DNA from: an uncultured Thermoplasmata archaeon | GTDB taxonomy: Archaea > Thermoplasmatota > Thermoplasmata > Lutacidiplasmatales > UBA184 | Length of the DNA stretch: 64,000 bases | Assembly (NCBI GenBank): GCA_963773945.1 | Contig: CAVZDD010000003.1 | Coordinates: 370,060-434,059, forward strand | Reading direction: 5' to 3' | Shown: positions 39,783-48,192 of the stretch, one piece after another | Numbering within the stretch: the first letter of the stretch is position 1 | Layout of the letters: each line of letters begins with the position of its first letter | Made by a program: the position numbers and the translations under genes | Notes under the pieces: model-generated | What the model saw: only the letters and a program-made list of their open reading frames with translations | Database searches by the model: none | Told to the model about the DNA's origin: nothing

Positions 39783-40684
39783 ATGCCCGCGCAAGAACCG
39801 GTGTCGGACCGACCGCCGCCGGGGCGGTTCGTCCGTACATCCCCTCGGGCTCGCCTGGACACTGACGCGGGCCGGGTAGTCCTCCCCACGGCGCCGCCGC
39901 TCCCCCCACCCGGCTCTCAGGAGACACCCGACTTTTCACGAATCGACTTCGACCGGCTCTGGTCCGGCCGCGGCAAAGTGACGGAAGTCGAGGGGACCCT
40001 CCTCGCCCGTGCCCTCGCTTCCGCTTCGCCGGGCCGTGGATTGGAGATCGGTTCGGGTCCCGGTCGGCTCACCCGTACCTGGCTCAGTGGTCCCCCGATA
40101 TCGTGGCCTCGGATGCCACCCTGTCCCTGCTGCGAAGCCGCCCGGTTTCCGAGAACGGAGAACCGCCGCGGGTCGGAGCCAACGTTTACCACTTGCCGTT
40201 CAAAGACGGGGTGTTCGCGGCGGCGACGATGGTGCGGGTGTTCGGCTTCCTGACCGACCCCGAAGCCGCACTCCGGGAAATCCATCGCGTCCTGCGTCCC
40301 GAGGGAGTTCTAGTCCTCTCCTTCGAACCTCACCCGACCGTGGGCAGTTTCGTCGATGACCTGAAGGTGAGTTTCGCCCGAAGTCGCGATGGGCGAATCC
40401 GGCCGAGGACATTCTCCACGGAGAGCGTGGTGCCCGTTCGCCCGAGCTCCTTCCCGGCGTGGTCCCACACCCGGGCCCATGTGCGCAAGTTGACCGACGC
40501 CGCCGGATTCTCGCCCGAGATGGAGTACCCCTGTGGCCTCGAAGATCTCGCCGGATTTCGACAGCTCCCAGCTTCCGTCTTCCTCTCCCTTGGACGGGCC
40601 CTGTCCGACTTGGGAGGGTTCCCTACGCGTTTCGCGCTGCTCCGAAGGGTGGCCGAGCCGGTGGGGTCGGTAGCCCCCCGGTAG
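39783..40684 (+). CDS. Class I SAM-dependent methyltransferase; one frameshift near 40072
   Basis: LEIGSGPGRL, then after restoring one C: PYLAQWSPDIVASD...ANVYHLPF...ALREIHRVLRPEG. Confidence 0.78.
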
Positions 40685-40736
40685 CCGATTTTGCCCACGC
40701 CCCAATCGCCCGCCAGCCCAGGCGCTTCGGAATCTT

Positions 40737-41498
40737 TCACACGCGGACGCGGCGCCGGTCAAGACGACCCCAACGGGCCGGGTCCAGGAATCCGCGCACC
40801 AGCTTGGAGAAAAAGATCGGAGTGTAGAACAGATCGCGGGGCCGACCACTGTTCATGTGGATGAGCTGAATCACGAGGAGGGCGTAGAGCAGTTCTCGCG
40901 GATTCACCCCCGAGGTTGTCCGGATGGCCGCCCCCTGGAATTCTGGCCAGTTCGGGGCGCTCCGATACGTTCCGCGGTGTTCCATCGCCTCCGGAACGTA
41001 GCGTACCCGGAGGCCGGCCTGGCGCGCCGCCCTTTGGAGGTAGTAGGTTTCCCTCGATTGTACAGAGTCCGGTATATCGGCCGCCAACGCCCAGCGCCGG
41101 CCAACCATCGTCAGTCCGAGGGGGAAACCGTACTGGAATCGATGGCCGGCGGTCATCCCGACCACCGCGGCGGTCCGGGGAGCTTGGTAGGCCTCCCGCG
41201 CCCGCGCGTAGAAGTCGGGACGCGAGATAATCACGTCACTATCGAGGAAGAGCACCGGATCGGTATCCGCAAGTTGCAAGGCAAGATTCCTCGCGTAGCC
41301 CAGACCGACCTCATCCGGGTAGACTTCCGCGCCCCAGCGATGGGCGATCTCGGGAGTTCCGTCCGTGCTGGACCGGTCGACGACGATGATCCGGTGCACC
41401 GGGAGATGCCGCCGTGCGGCCTCCAGGGCGGCGTCGAGGGTCGCGGCGGAGTTGAACGTCGCCACGAGGACGTCGATGGGAGGCCCGCCAGATTCCAT
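40737..41498 (-). CDS. Glycosyltransferase family 2
   Basis: VATFNS, VVDRSSTDGT, GLGYARNLAL and FLDSDV. Confidence 0.88.
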   Translation of the reverse strand: MESGGPPIDVLVATFNSAATLDAALEAARRHLPVHRIIVVDRSSTDGTPEIAHRWGAEVYPDEVGLGYARNLALQLADTDPVLFLDSDVIISRPDFYARAREAYQAPRTAAVVGMTAGHRFQYGFPLGLTMVGRRWALAADIPDSVQSRETYYLQRAARQAGLRVRYVPEAMEHRGTYRSAPNWPEFQGAAIRTTSGVNPRELLYALLVIQLIHMNSGRPRDLFYTPIFFSKLVRGFLDPARWGRLDRRRVRV

Positions 41499-41639
41499 AG
41501 CCCTCCGGAGTCTCCTCGCGCCTCGCCCAAGGTTGGAGCCCCGCCGCCCCGGGCGACGCCGGTAGGGTGACCCAAGGGGAAGTTAAGCCCTCCATGGACC
41601 GGCCGTACACCCTAAGTGCCGCGATTTCCATCCCCGTTC

Positions 41640-42455
41640 ATGAGCGATTCGGACGTCGCCTCGGTTCAGGTCGACCGGCGCGACGCGGTGACCCAGGTCC
41701 GTCTATCTCGTCCGGCCAAACTCAACGCGTTAGACCCCGACGCGGTGCGTCTTCTCCGGAGAGCGCTCCAAGATGCGGCCCATGACCCCGCGATCCGTGC
41801 CGTCATCCTGACGGGAGACGGAAAGGCGTTCTCCGCAGGGGGCGACGTCTCCTCGATGCAGGAGCACCTGAGGGCCGGCGATCTCGCTCGTCTGTTCCAT
41901 GAACTGACCGGAGAGCTCGAGCTGACGATCCGGGAGCTCCTCGGCATGCGGAAGCCGGTCGTGGCCTCCCTTCCGGGCGTCGCGGCGGGCGGCGGCCTAT
42001 CGCTCGCCCTGGCGTGCGATTGGCGCATCGCTTCCTCGAACGCCACCCTGGTCCCGGCCTTCGGAGGACTGGGCGCGGTGCCGGACGGCGGACTCACGTT
42101 CTTCCTCCCGCACTTCGTGGGGATCGGCACCGCCCAGGAGTTGTTCTTCTCTTCGAGCCGCGTCTCGGCGGAACGAGCCCTGAGCCTCGGCCTGGTGCAC
42201 GAGGTCGTGCCCCCCGAGGAGCTCGAAGCGCGGACCTGGGCGAAGGCCAACGAGCTGGCGGCTGGCCCGACCCTTGCCTACGCGGCCCTCAAGCATCTGC
42301 TGATCACGTCCTACGGATCAAGCCTCGAAAGTCAACTGGCCCTCGAACGCCGGTATGCCGTCGAAGTGGCTGCCGGACCCGAGCTCGCGGAGGGTATCCA
42401 GGCCTTCGGCGAGAAACGGAAACCGGACTTCCCGTCCCCCGAAGACAACGATTAG
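41640..42455 (+). CDS. Enoyl-CoA hydratase/isomerase (crotonase, PaaG-like)
   Basis: LSRPAKLNAL, FSAGGD, AAGGGLSLALACD, PDGG and EKRKPDF. Confidence 0.9.
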   Translation: MSDSDVASVQVDRRDAVTQVRLSRPAKLNALDPDAVRLLRRALQDAAHDPAIRAVILTGDGKAFSAGGDVSSMQEHLRAGDLARLFHELTGELELTIRELLGMRKPVVASLPGVAAGGGLSLALACDWRIASSNATLVPAFGGLGAVPDGGLTFFLPHFVGIGTAQELFFSSSRVSAERALSLGLVHEVVPPEELEARTWAKANELAAGPTLAYAALKHLLITSYGSSLESQLALERRYAVEVAAGPELAEGIQAFGEKRKPDFPSPEDND

Positions 42456-42727
42456 CGAATCTGGACGGGAGGAAGACTCCCCTGCAGCGGAAGTTCCTCT
42501 CGCTCCACGCGGTCGATCTGTGCCAGTGGATGCTCCTCGTGGAGCACGCGCTCCAATTCCCGCAGTGCGGCCGGTTCCCCTTCGAGCTGTGCCTCCACGC
42601 TCCCATCGGGCCGGTTCTCGACGAATCCCCCGATGCCCAGCGCGCGGGAGCGGCTTCTCACGAACTGCCGGAATCCGACGCCTTGCACTCGGCCACTGAA
42701 CCGGAACCGCATCCGGATTCGAGACAC
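42452..42727 (-). CDS. acyP: Acylphosphatase
   Basis: GRVQGVGFR and GFVENRPDGSVE. Confidence 0.92.
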   Translation of the reverse strand: MSRIRMRFRFSGRVQGVGFRQFVRSRSRALGIGGFVENRPDGSVEAQLEGEPAALRELERVLHEEHPLAQIDRVEREELPLQGSLPPVQIR

Positions 42728-42808
42728 GACCGTCAAACGTGTGACCTTAAATAAAGCCAAAAGGTTCGAAACAACGACTGAGTGCGCTAGCCGGAGGAAG
42801 GTCGAAAA

Positions 42809-43174
42809 ATGGGGGCCGGCATCACCACCTTCCTGGTCTTCGCGGCCATCGCGTGTGTGTTCGGAATCGGTTCAATTATCGGTAACAAAACCCTCGGCGC
42901 CAAGCGCCGGCGCGCGTACCTCCAGGCCCTCACGTACGAATCCGGGCAGGAACCGGAGGGCGAGACCCAGATCGACTTCCCGACCCAGCACTACACCTTC
43001 GCGATCGTTTTCGTCGCCGTCGACGTGATCGGGTTCGTCCTCGCGTTGTGGGGCGTGAACTATCGGGCGAGCCACGACGCGCTGCTGCCGACCTTCATCG
43101 TGTTCGGATTTACTGCGTTGGCGATTATCGGCATCTACTATGCCCTCGTGGGCGAGCGGAGGCTCGTCGTATGA
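42809..43174 (+). CDS. nuoA: Complex I-like subunit A
   Basis: Three TM helices with a YESG loop. First gene of the operon. Confidence 0.9.
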   Translation: MGAGITTFLVFAAIACVFGIGSIIGNKTLGAKRRRAYLQALTYESGQEPEGETQIDFPTQHYTFAIVFVAVDVIGFVLALWGVNYRASHDALLPTFIVFGFTALAIIGIYYALVGERRLVV

Positions 43175-43788
43175 GCGGTCAGACTCCCCTTCCCCCCAAA
43201 GCGGCCCCTCCACCCTCCGGGGCCCACGCCGACATTCCGCTCGAGGTCGTCGGCCAACCGGGGGTCCCCTTTTTCGAGATCGAGACCCTGCGGGCGCGCG
43301 AGTTCATCCCGGCCGCCAAAGAGGCCCTTTCCTCGCTGCTGAAGGAGCAGGCGGAGGGGAAGCTCATCCGCCCCGTCTTCAACTGGGCCGGCCGGAACTC
43401 GCTGTTCCCCCTCCATTGGGGATTGGCCTGCTGCGCCATCGAGTTCGCCGCCGCGTTCGGCGCCCGTTGGGACGCCGAGCGATTCGGGATCGTGCCGCGA
43501 TCCTCTCCTCGACAGTGCGACCTGCTGATCGTCAATGGAACGGTCACGTGGAAGGTCTCGCACAAGCTCATCACGCTCTACGAGCAGATGCCGGAGCCCA
43601 AGTGGGCGATCGCGATGGGCAATTGCGCAACGGGGGGGGGTCCGTTCCGCACCGCCTACTCGGTGGTGCCCGGGGTGGACAAGTTGATCCCGGTCGACGT
43701 TTACATTGCCGGATGCCCGCCACGGCCGGAGAACCTGCTGGACGGGATTCTCCGATTGGAGAAACTGATCAAGGAGCGCGGCGAGTAG
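43171..43788 (+). CDS. nuoB: Complex I-like subunit B
   Basis: GLACCAIE, SPRQCD, MGNCA and YIAGCPPRPE. Confidence 0.95.
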   Translation: MSGQTPLPPKAAPPPSGAHADIPLEVVGQPGVPFFEIETLRAREFIPAAKEALSSLLKEQAEGKLIRPVFNWAGRNSLFPLHWGLACCAIEFAAAFGARWDAERFGIVPRSSPRQCDLLIVNGTVTWKVSHKLITLYEQMPEPKWAIAMGNCATGGGPFRTAYSVVPGVDKLIPVDVYIAGCPPRPENLLDGILRLEKLIKERGE

Positions 43789-43830
43789 CCCGCCCGGTCG
43801 GAGCTGGACGGAGGGGGACTGGGGCGCACC

Positions 43831-44307
43831 GTGCAGACCACCGAGCTCGCCACGATTCTCACCTCGAAGTTCGGGGACCAGGTCCTGGGCGTCGATGAGT
43901 TTTCCGGATTGCTGGGTCGTGTCCGATTCCAACCGGCCATCGCGACGGAGCTCTTCCGAACATTCCGAGATGACCTCGGATTTACCCATTTGTCGATGGT
44001 GGGTGCCGTCGATTGGGTGGACCATCGGGAAGTGTTCTACGCGCTCTGGTCGGACGTCGACAAGGTCTACGTGATGCTGTCGACGAATCTTCCCTCCGAG
44101 TCGCCGTCGATCGCCAGCGCGGTACCGATCTGGCCCTCGGCCAACGCGCACGAGCGGGAAGCCTGGGACTTGGTTGGTGTCCGCTTCGTAGGACACCCGG
44201 ACCTTCGCCGGATTTTCATGCCGGAGGGCTACGCCTACCACCCGCTGCTGCGGTCGTTCAAGATCCACGAGCCCGAGGACCTGGAGGTGAAGGTGCGCAG
44301 TGACTGA
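43831..44307 (+). CDS. nuoC: Complex I-like subunit C
   Basis: EREAWDLVGVRFVGHPDLRRI...HPL. Confidence 0.93.
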   Translation: MQTTELATILTSKFGDQVLGVDEFSGLLGRVRFQPAIATELFRTFRDDLGFTHLSMVGAVDWVDHREVFYALWSDVDKVYVMLSTNLPSESPSIASAVPIWPSANAHEREAWDLVGVRFVGHPDLRRIFMPEGYAYHPLLRSFKIHEPEDLEVKVRSD

Positions 44308-45445
44308 GATGTGGGTCAACATGGGGCCGCAACACCCCATGACGCACGGCCTCTGGAACCTCCGCGTGAGGATCGAGGGCGAGATCATCAAGGATGTGGA
44401 ACCCGAGATGGGGTACCTGCACCGGGGCATCGAGAAGATCTCCGAGGACCGGCACTACAACGAGATCATCACGCTCATGGACCGGACCTGCTACGTGGCC
44501 GGCCTCGCGTGGGAGCACCTGTTCATCCTCGCCTCCGAACAGGCGCTCCACATCACCCCGCCCGAGCGGGCGGAGTACATCCGCGTCCTCTCGTCGGAGC
44601 TGCAGCGTATCGCGAGCCACCTGATGTGGTACTCGGCCTTCGTCCAGGACATTGGCCTGATGACCCCATTCCTGTACGGGATGCGGGACCGGGACCTCAT
44701 CCTGGACCTGTTCCAGAGCTACACCGGCGGCCGCCTCACCTACGAGTACATGCGCGTGGGGGGGGTGCGCAACGACCTGCCGCTCGGCTTCACCGAGCGC
44801 TGCCGCAAGGTGATCGACTGGTGCATGGACCGATGGGTCGAGTACGACCAGCTCTGCCTCTCCTCAACGATCTTCCACGAGCGCTGCGACGGGATCGGGG
44901 TACTCCACGAACCGGAGGCGGTCGCCTACGGGGTGACCGGACCGATGCTCCGTTCCGCCGGCTCGCACCGGGACCTGCGGAAGGATCGACCGTATTCGGT
45001 TTACGACAAGCTCCACTTCGATGTCGCGACCGCCACCACCGCGGACGTAACGGGTCGCTACCTCGTCCGGATGGAAGAGATGCGCCAGTCGGTGCGGATC
45101 GTGCGTCAATGCCTCGACTGGCTCGATGACCACCCCGGGCCCGTCATGGCCGCTCAGCTCCCCCGGTGGCTCGGAGCGCCGTATGCGCCGGTCGGCAACG
45201 AATCGTACCTGCTCAAGCGGAACTATCCTACGGGTCTGGGGTTCTCGATGGTCGAGGAACCCCACGGCGAAGCGGGCGCCTACGTCGTGAACGACGGAGG
45301 CGAGCACCCGTACCGGGTGAAGTTCCGGTCGCCGGTGCTGATCAACATCTGGGCGGCCAAGCGCTATCTGCCCGGCTATCGCGTGGCTGACATTCCTCCG
45401 ATCATGGGCAGCGTCGACGTCTGCGTCGGGGAGTGTGACCGATAG
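44300..45445 (+). CDS. nuoD: Complex I-like subunit D
   Basis: NMGPQHPMTHG, GYLHRGIEK, DRTCY, ELQRIASH and C-terminal GECDR. Confidence 0.95.
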   Translation: MTEMWVNMGPQHPMTHGLWNLRVRIEGEIIKDVEPEMGYLHRGIEKISEDRHYNEIITLMDRTCYVAGLAWEHLFILASEQALHITPPERAEYIRVLSSELQRIASHLMWYSAFVQDIGLMTPFLYGMRDRDLILDLFQSYTGGRLTYEYMRVGGVRNDLPLGFTERCRKVIDWCMDRWVEYDQLCLSSTIFHERCDGIGVLHEPEAVAYGVTGPMLRSAGSHRDLRKDRPYSVYDKLHFDVATATTADVTGRYLVRMEEMRQSVRIVRQCLDWLDDHPGPVMAAQLPRWLGAPYAPVGNESYLLKRNYPTGLGFSMVEEPHGEAGAYVVNDGGEHPYRVKFRSPVLINIWAAKRYLPGYRVADIPPIMGSVDVCVGECDR

Positions 45446-45450
45446 ATCGG

Positions 45451-46581
45451 ATGTCGAACGTCACGTTGTTCTCGGTATCGTACACGATCTCGGCCGACAT
45501 CCTCGGCGCGGTCGCGCGCGTGTTCCCCGCCCCGGTCCATGGGTGGCTCGTCTCGGGCGACGTCGTCACCGGCCTCGGGGCCTTGATCTTCGCCGCGATC
45601 CTCCTCGGGGCGAGCATGATCAACACGATCATGCTAATCTGGTGGGAGCGGAAGCTGCTGGGCCGCTTCATGGACCGCCGCGGCGCGATGCACGTGGGGT
45701 TCGCGGGCCTGCTCCAGAACTTCGCCGACGGGCTCAAACTGTTCCGTAAGGACACGGTGCGCCCGGGACAGGCCGACCCCCTGGGCTTCTGGCTGTCCCC
45801 GACGGCCTACATGGTCACCTCCCTCGTGATCTTCGGCATCCTGCCGATCTCGACCGGTTGGAACGGAGGCACGCTGCCCCTGACCCTCCTGCTCGCGCTC
45901 GTGATCTTCTCCTTCGCGCCACTCTTCATCTTCCTCGGCGCCTGGGCGAGCAACAACAAGTACTCCCTGCTCGGCGGCATGCGCTCGGCGGCCCAGATGA
46001 TCGCCTACGAGGTGCCGATCCTCCTGGCGGTCGTGGCGGTCGTCGTCGTTGCGGGCTCGTTCGACCTGACGACCATCGTCAACGAGCAACGGAACTACTG
46101 GTTCTGGGCTCCGTTGTTCCTCGCGCTCATCGTGTTCCTCACGGGCATGCTGGCCGAGATGGAGCGGATCCCCTTCGACCTGCCCGAGGCCGAGGCGGAG
46201 CTCGTCGAGGGCTGGAACACCGAGTACGGGGGAATGCTGTTTGCCTACTTCATGCTCGCCGACTACCTGCGCGCGCTCGTCGGCAGCATCCTGGTCGTGC
46301 TGCTGTTCCTCGGCGGCTGGACCCTTCCGACGTACGTGCCATCGGTCCTGACGAGCTTCCCGCTGGCCGGCATCTTCTGGTTCATGGTGAAGACGTACCT
46401 CGTCTTCGGACTCTTCGTCTGGATCCGGGCCTCCCTGCCGCGGATCCGGACCGACCAACTCCTCAAGCTGGGCTGGATGCGCATGGTCCCCCTCGCGCTG
46501 CTGAGCGTGGTCCTGGCCGTCCTCGTTGTGCAGGCCCACTGTATCCCGCTGGTCGGTTGCGTGCCGTCGATGGGGGGCTAA
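45451..46581 (+). CDS. nuoH: Complex I-like subunit H
   Basis: ERK...R.G, GLLQNFADGLKL, SNNKYSLLGG and PFDLPEAEAELVEG. Confidence 0.95.
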   Translation: MSNVTLFSVSYTISADILGAVARVFPAPVHGWLVSGDVVTGLGALIFAAILLGASMINTIMLIWWERKLLGRFMDRRGAMHVGFAGLLQNFADGLKLFRKDTVRPGQADPLGFWLSPTAYMVTSLVIFGILPISTGWNGGTLPLTLLLALVIFSFAPLFIFLGAWASNNKYSLLGGMRSAAQMIAYEVPILLAVVAVVVVAGSFDLTTIVNEQRNYWFWAPLFLALIVFLTGMLAEMERIPFDLPEAEAELVEGWNTEYGGMLFAYFMLADYLRALVGSILVVLLFLGGWTLPTYVPSVLTSFPLAGIFWFMVKTYLVFGLFVWIRASLPRIRTDQLLKLGWMRMVPLALLSVVLAVLVVQAHCIPLVGCVPSMGG

Positions 46582-46585
46582 GCCG

Positions 46586-47377
46586 ATGGCCGGACCTGCC
46601 GCGAGCCCCACCGCCCCGGTGCCGGGGACCGAGGAGAAGCCGTTCCTCTGGGTGACCCGTCCGCTGGCCACCGCGGCGAAACAATTCGTCAAGAGCCTCT
46701 GGCGACCGTCGACGGTGCTCTACCCGTTCGAGCGGCTCGAGGACCCGAAGTTCCGAGGGGAGGTGGCCGTCGCCTCCGGGAAGCCGATCGGCGTCGGGGA
46801 GATCTGGGACAACTACCGGGGCGTTCACGCGCTCAACATCAACACCTGCATTTCGTGCAACCTCTGCGCGTTCAGCTGCCCCGACGTCTGCATCGAAATG
46901 GTCACGGTGCCGGGCGGCGACCCTAAGCACCCGAAAAAATGCCCCGAGATCGACTACGGAAAGTGCTCGTTCTGCGGCTTCTGCTCGGACGCCTGTCCCG
47001 AGGGCTGCCTCACGATGACGACCCGCTACGAGCTGAGCGCCCACAAGCGGGAGGAGATGGTCTTCTCCCCGGCCAAGATGTTTGAGATCTACCAGTCGAA
47101 GCTTCCGATGAACCCGATCCGGGTCGAACGGCCGAAGAACGAGGACCTGATCCTCCTCGACCCACCGATCTGCATCGGCTGCAACGCGTGCGCCCGCGAC
47201 TGCCCGACGCAGTGCATCACGATGCTCGACATCCCCAAACCGACGCCGAAGCCCGGCGAGAAGGTGGCCAAGCGAATCTGGAAGGAGCCGGTCATCAACG
47301 ACTCCGACTGCGTGCGGTGCGGCACCTGCATCAGTGTGTGCCCCAAGGACTGTCTGTTCTGGGGGACTCGCCAGTGA
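46586..47377 (+). CDS. nuoI: Complex I-like subunit I with an extra 2[4Fe-4S] domain
   Basis: YPFE...FRG and four CxxCxxCxxxCP motifs. Confidence 0.9.
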   Translation: MAGPAASPTAPVPGTEEKPFLWVTRPLATAAKQFVKSLWRPSTVLYPFERLEDPKFRGEVAVASGKPIGVGEIWDNYRGVHALNINTCISCNLCAFSCPDVCIEMVTVPGGDPKHPKKCPEIDYGKCSFCGFCSDACPEGCLTMTTRYELSAHKREEMVFSPAKMFEIYQSKLPMNPIRVERPKNEDLILLDPPICIGCNACARDCPTQCITMLDIPKPTPKPGEKVAKRIWKEPVINDSDCVRCGTCISVCPKDCLFWGTRQ

Positions 47378-47862
47378 TCCTCGAGCTCCTCGCATTCCTC
47401 GTCCTGGCCGCCACCGCGGTGTTCACCGCGCTCGCCGCGCTGCTCGTGCGCGAGCTTGTCCATACGATCGTCTGGGTGGCCCTCTTCTTCGTCGCGCTCG
47501 CCGGATTCTACTTCTTGCTCTCCGCTCCGTTCCTCGGGGTCCTTCAGCTGGGCGTGTACGCGGGCGCCGTGACAATCCTGCTCCTGTTCGGCGTCATGGT
47601 CACCCGCAAGCGGATCTTCGCCCGGGAGGCGGCCACCGGCCTGGGACCCGGCCCGGTGGCGCTGGCCCTGCTCATCGTGGTCGTGCTCGCCACCGCGGCA
47701 TCGACCATTCCGGCCAGCACCTCGCAGGTCCACGGCTACAGCGTGGCGGCGCTCTCGAACGCCCTCTTCGGCCCGTACGGCGGCTGGCTCCTCCTCCTCG
47801 GCCTGGTCATGCTCCCCGCCCTCGCAGGATCGATCTACCTGGTGCGGGAGGGCCGCGAGTGA
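47374..47862 (+). CDS. nuoJ: Complex I-like subunit J
   Basis: LSAPFLGVLQLGVYAGAVTIL. GTG overlaps the nuoI stop. Confidence 0.9.
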   Translation: MILELLAFLVLAATAVFTALAALLVRELVHTIVWVALFFVALAGFYFLLSAPFLGVLQLGVYAGAVTILLLFGVMVTRKRIFAREAATGLGPGPVALALLIVVVLATAASTIPASTSQVHGYSVAALSNALFGPYGGWLLLLGLVMLPALAGSIYLVREGRE

Positions 47863-48182
47863 CGGACCTCCCGCTGGCGGGCTTCGTCGCCCTCTCGGCC
47901 GTCCTCCTCGGGGTGGGGATCTTCGGGATCCTCACGCGTCGCAACTTCATCCTGCTCCTGATCGCCATCGAAGTCGCGATGAACGCGGCGATCCTCAATT
48001 TCGTGGTCTTCGGGTCGTACTGGGGCGCGGTGCCGGGGTACGGCCTCGAGGGCCCGTCCGTCGCGGTCGTGCTCATCGGTCTCGCGGCCACCGAGGTCGC
48101 GGTGGGCCTGGCCATCGTCCTCGCGCTGAACCGCCTGCGGGGCTCCATCAACGTCGCGGAGGCGACGGTCCTCAAGCACTGA
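47859..48182 (+). CDS. nuoK: Complex I-like subunit K
   Basis: RRN..L..IEVAMNAA and AATEVAVGLAI. Confidence 0.92.
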   Translation: MTDLPLAGFVALSAVLLGVGIFGILTRRNFILLLIAIEVAMNAAILNFVVFGSYWGAVPGYGLEGPSVAVVLIGLAATEVAVGLAIVLALNRLRGSINVAEATVLKH

Positions 48183-48192
48183 GGAGGGGAAC

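Noticed and set aside
40682..40736. Pyrrolysine or selenocysteine read-through at in-frame stops
   Set aside because: The sequence after the stop checked here shows no continued domain similarity, and no pyl or sel genes are in the window.
43171..45445. Group 4 [NiFe] hydrogenase call for the nuo cluster
   Set aside because: The large subunit lacks both CxxC motifs, NuoB has the tandem CC of complex I, NuoA and NuoJ are present, and no maturation genes are in the window.
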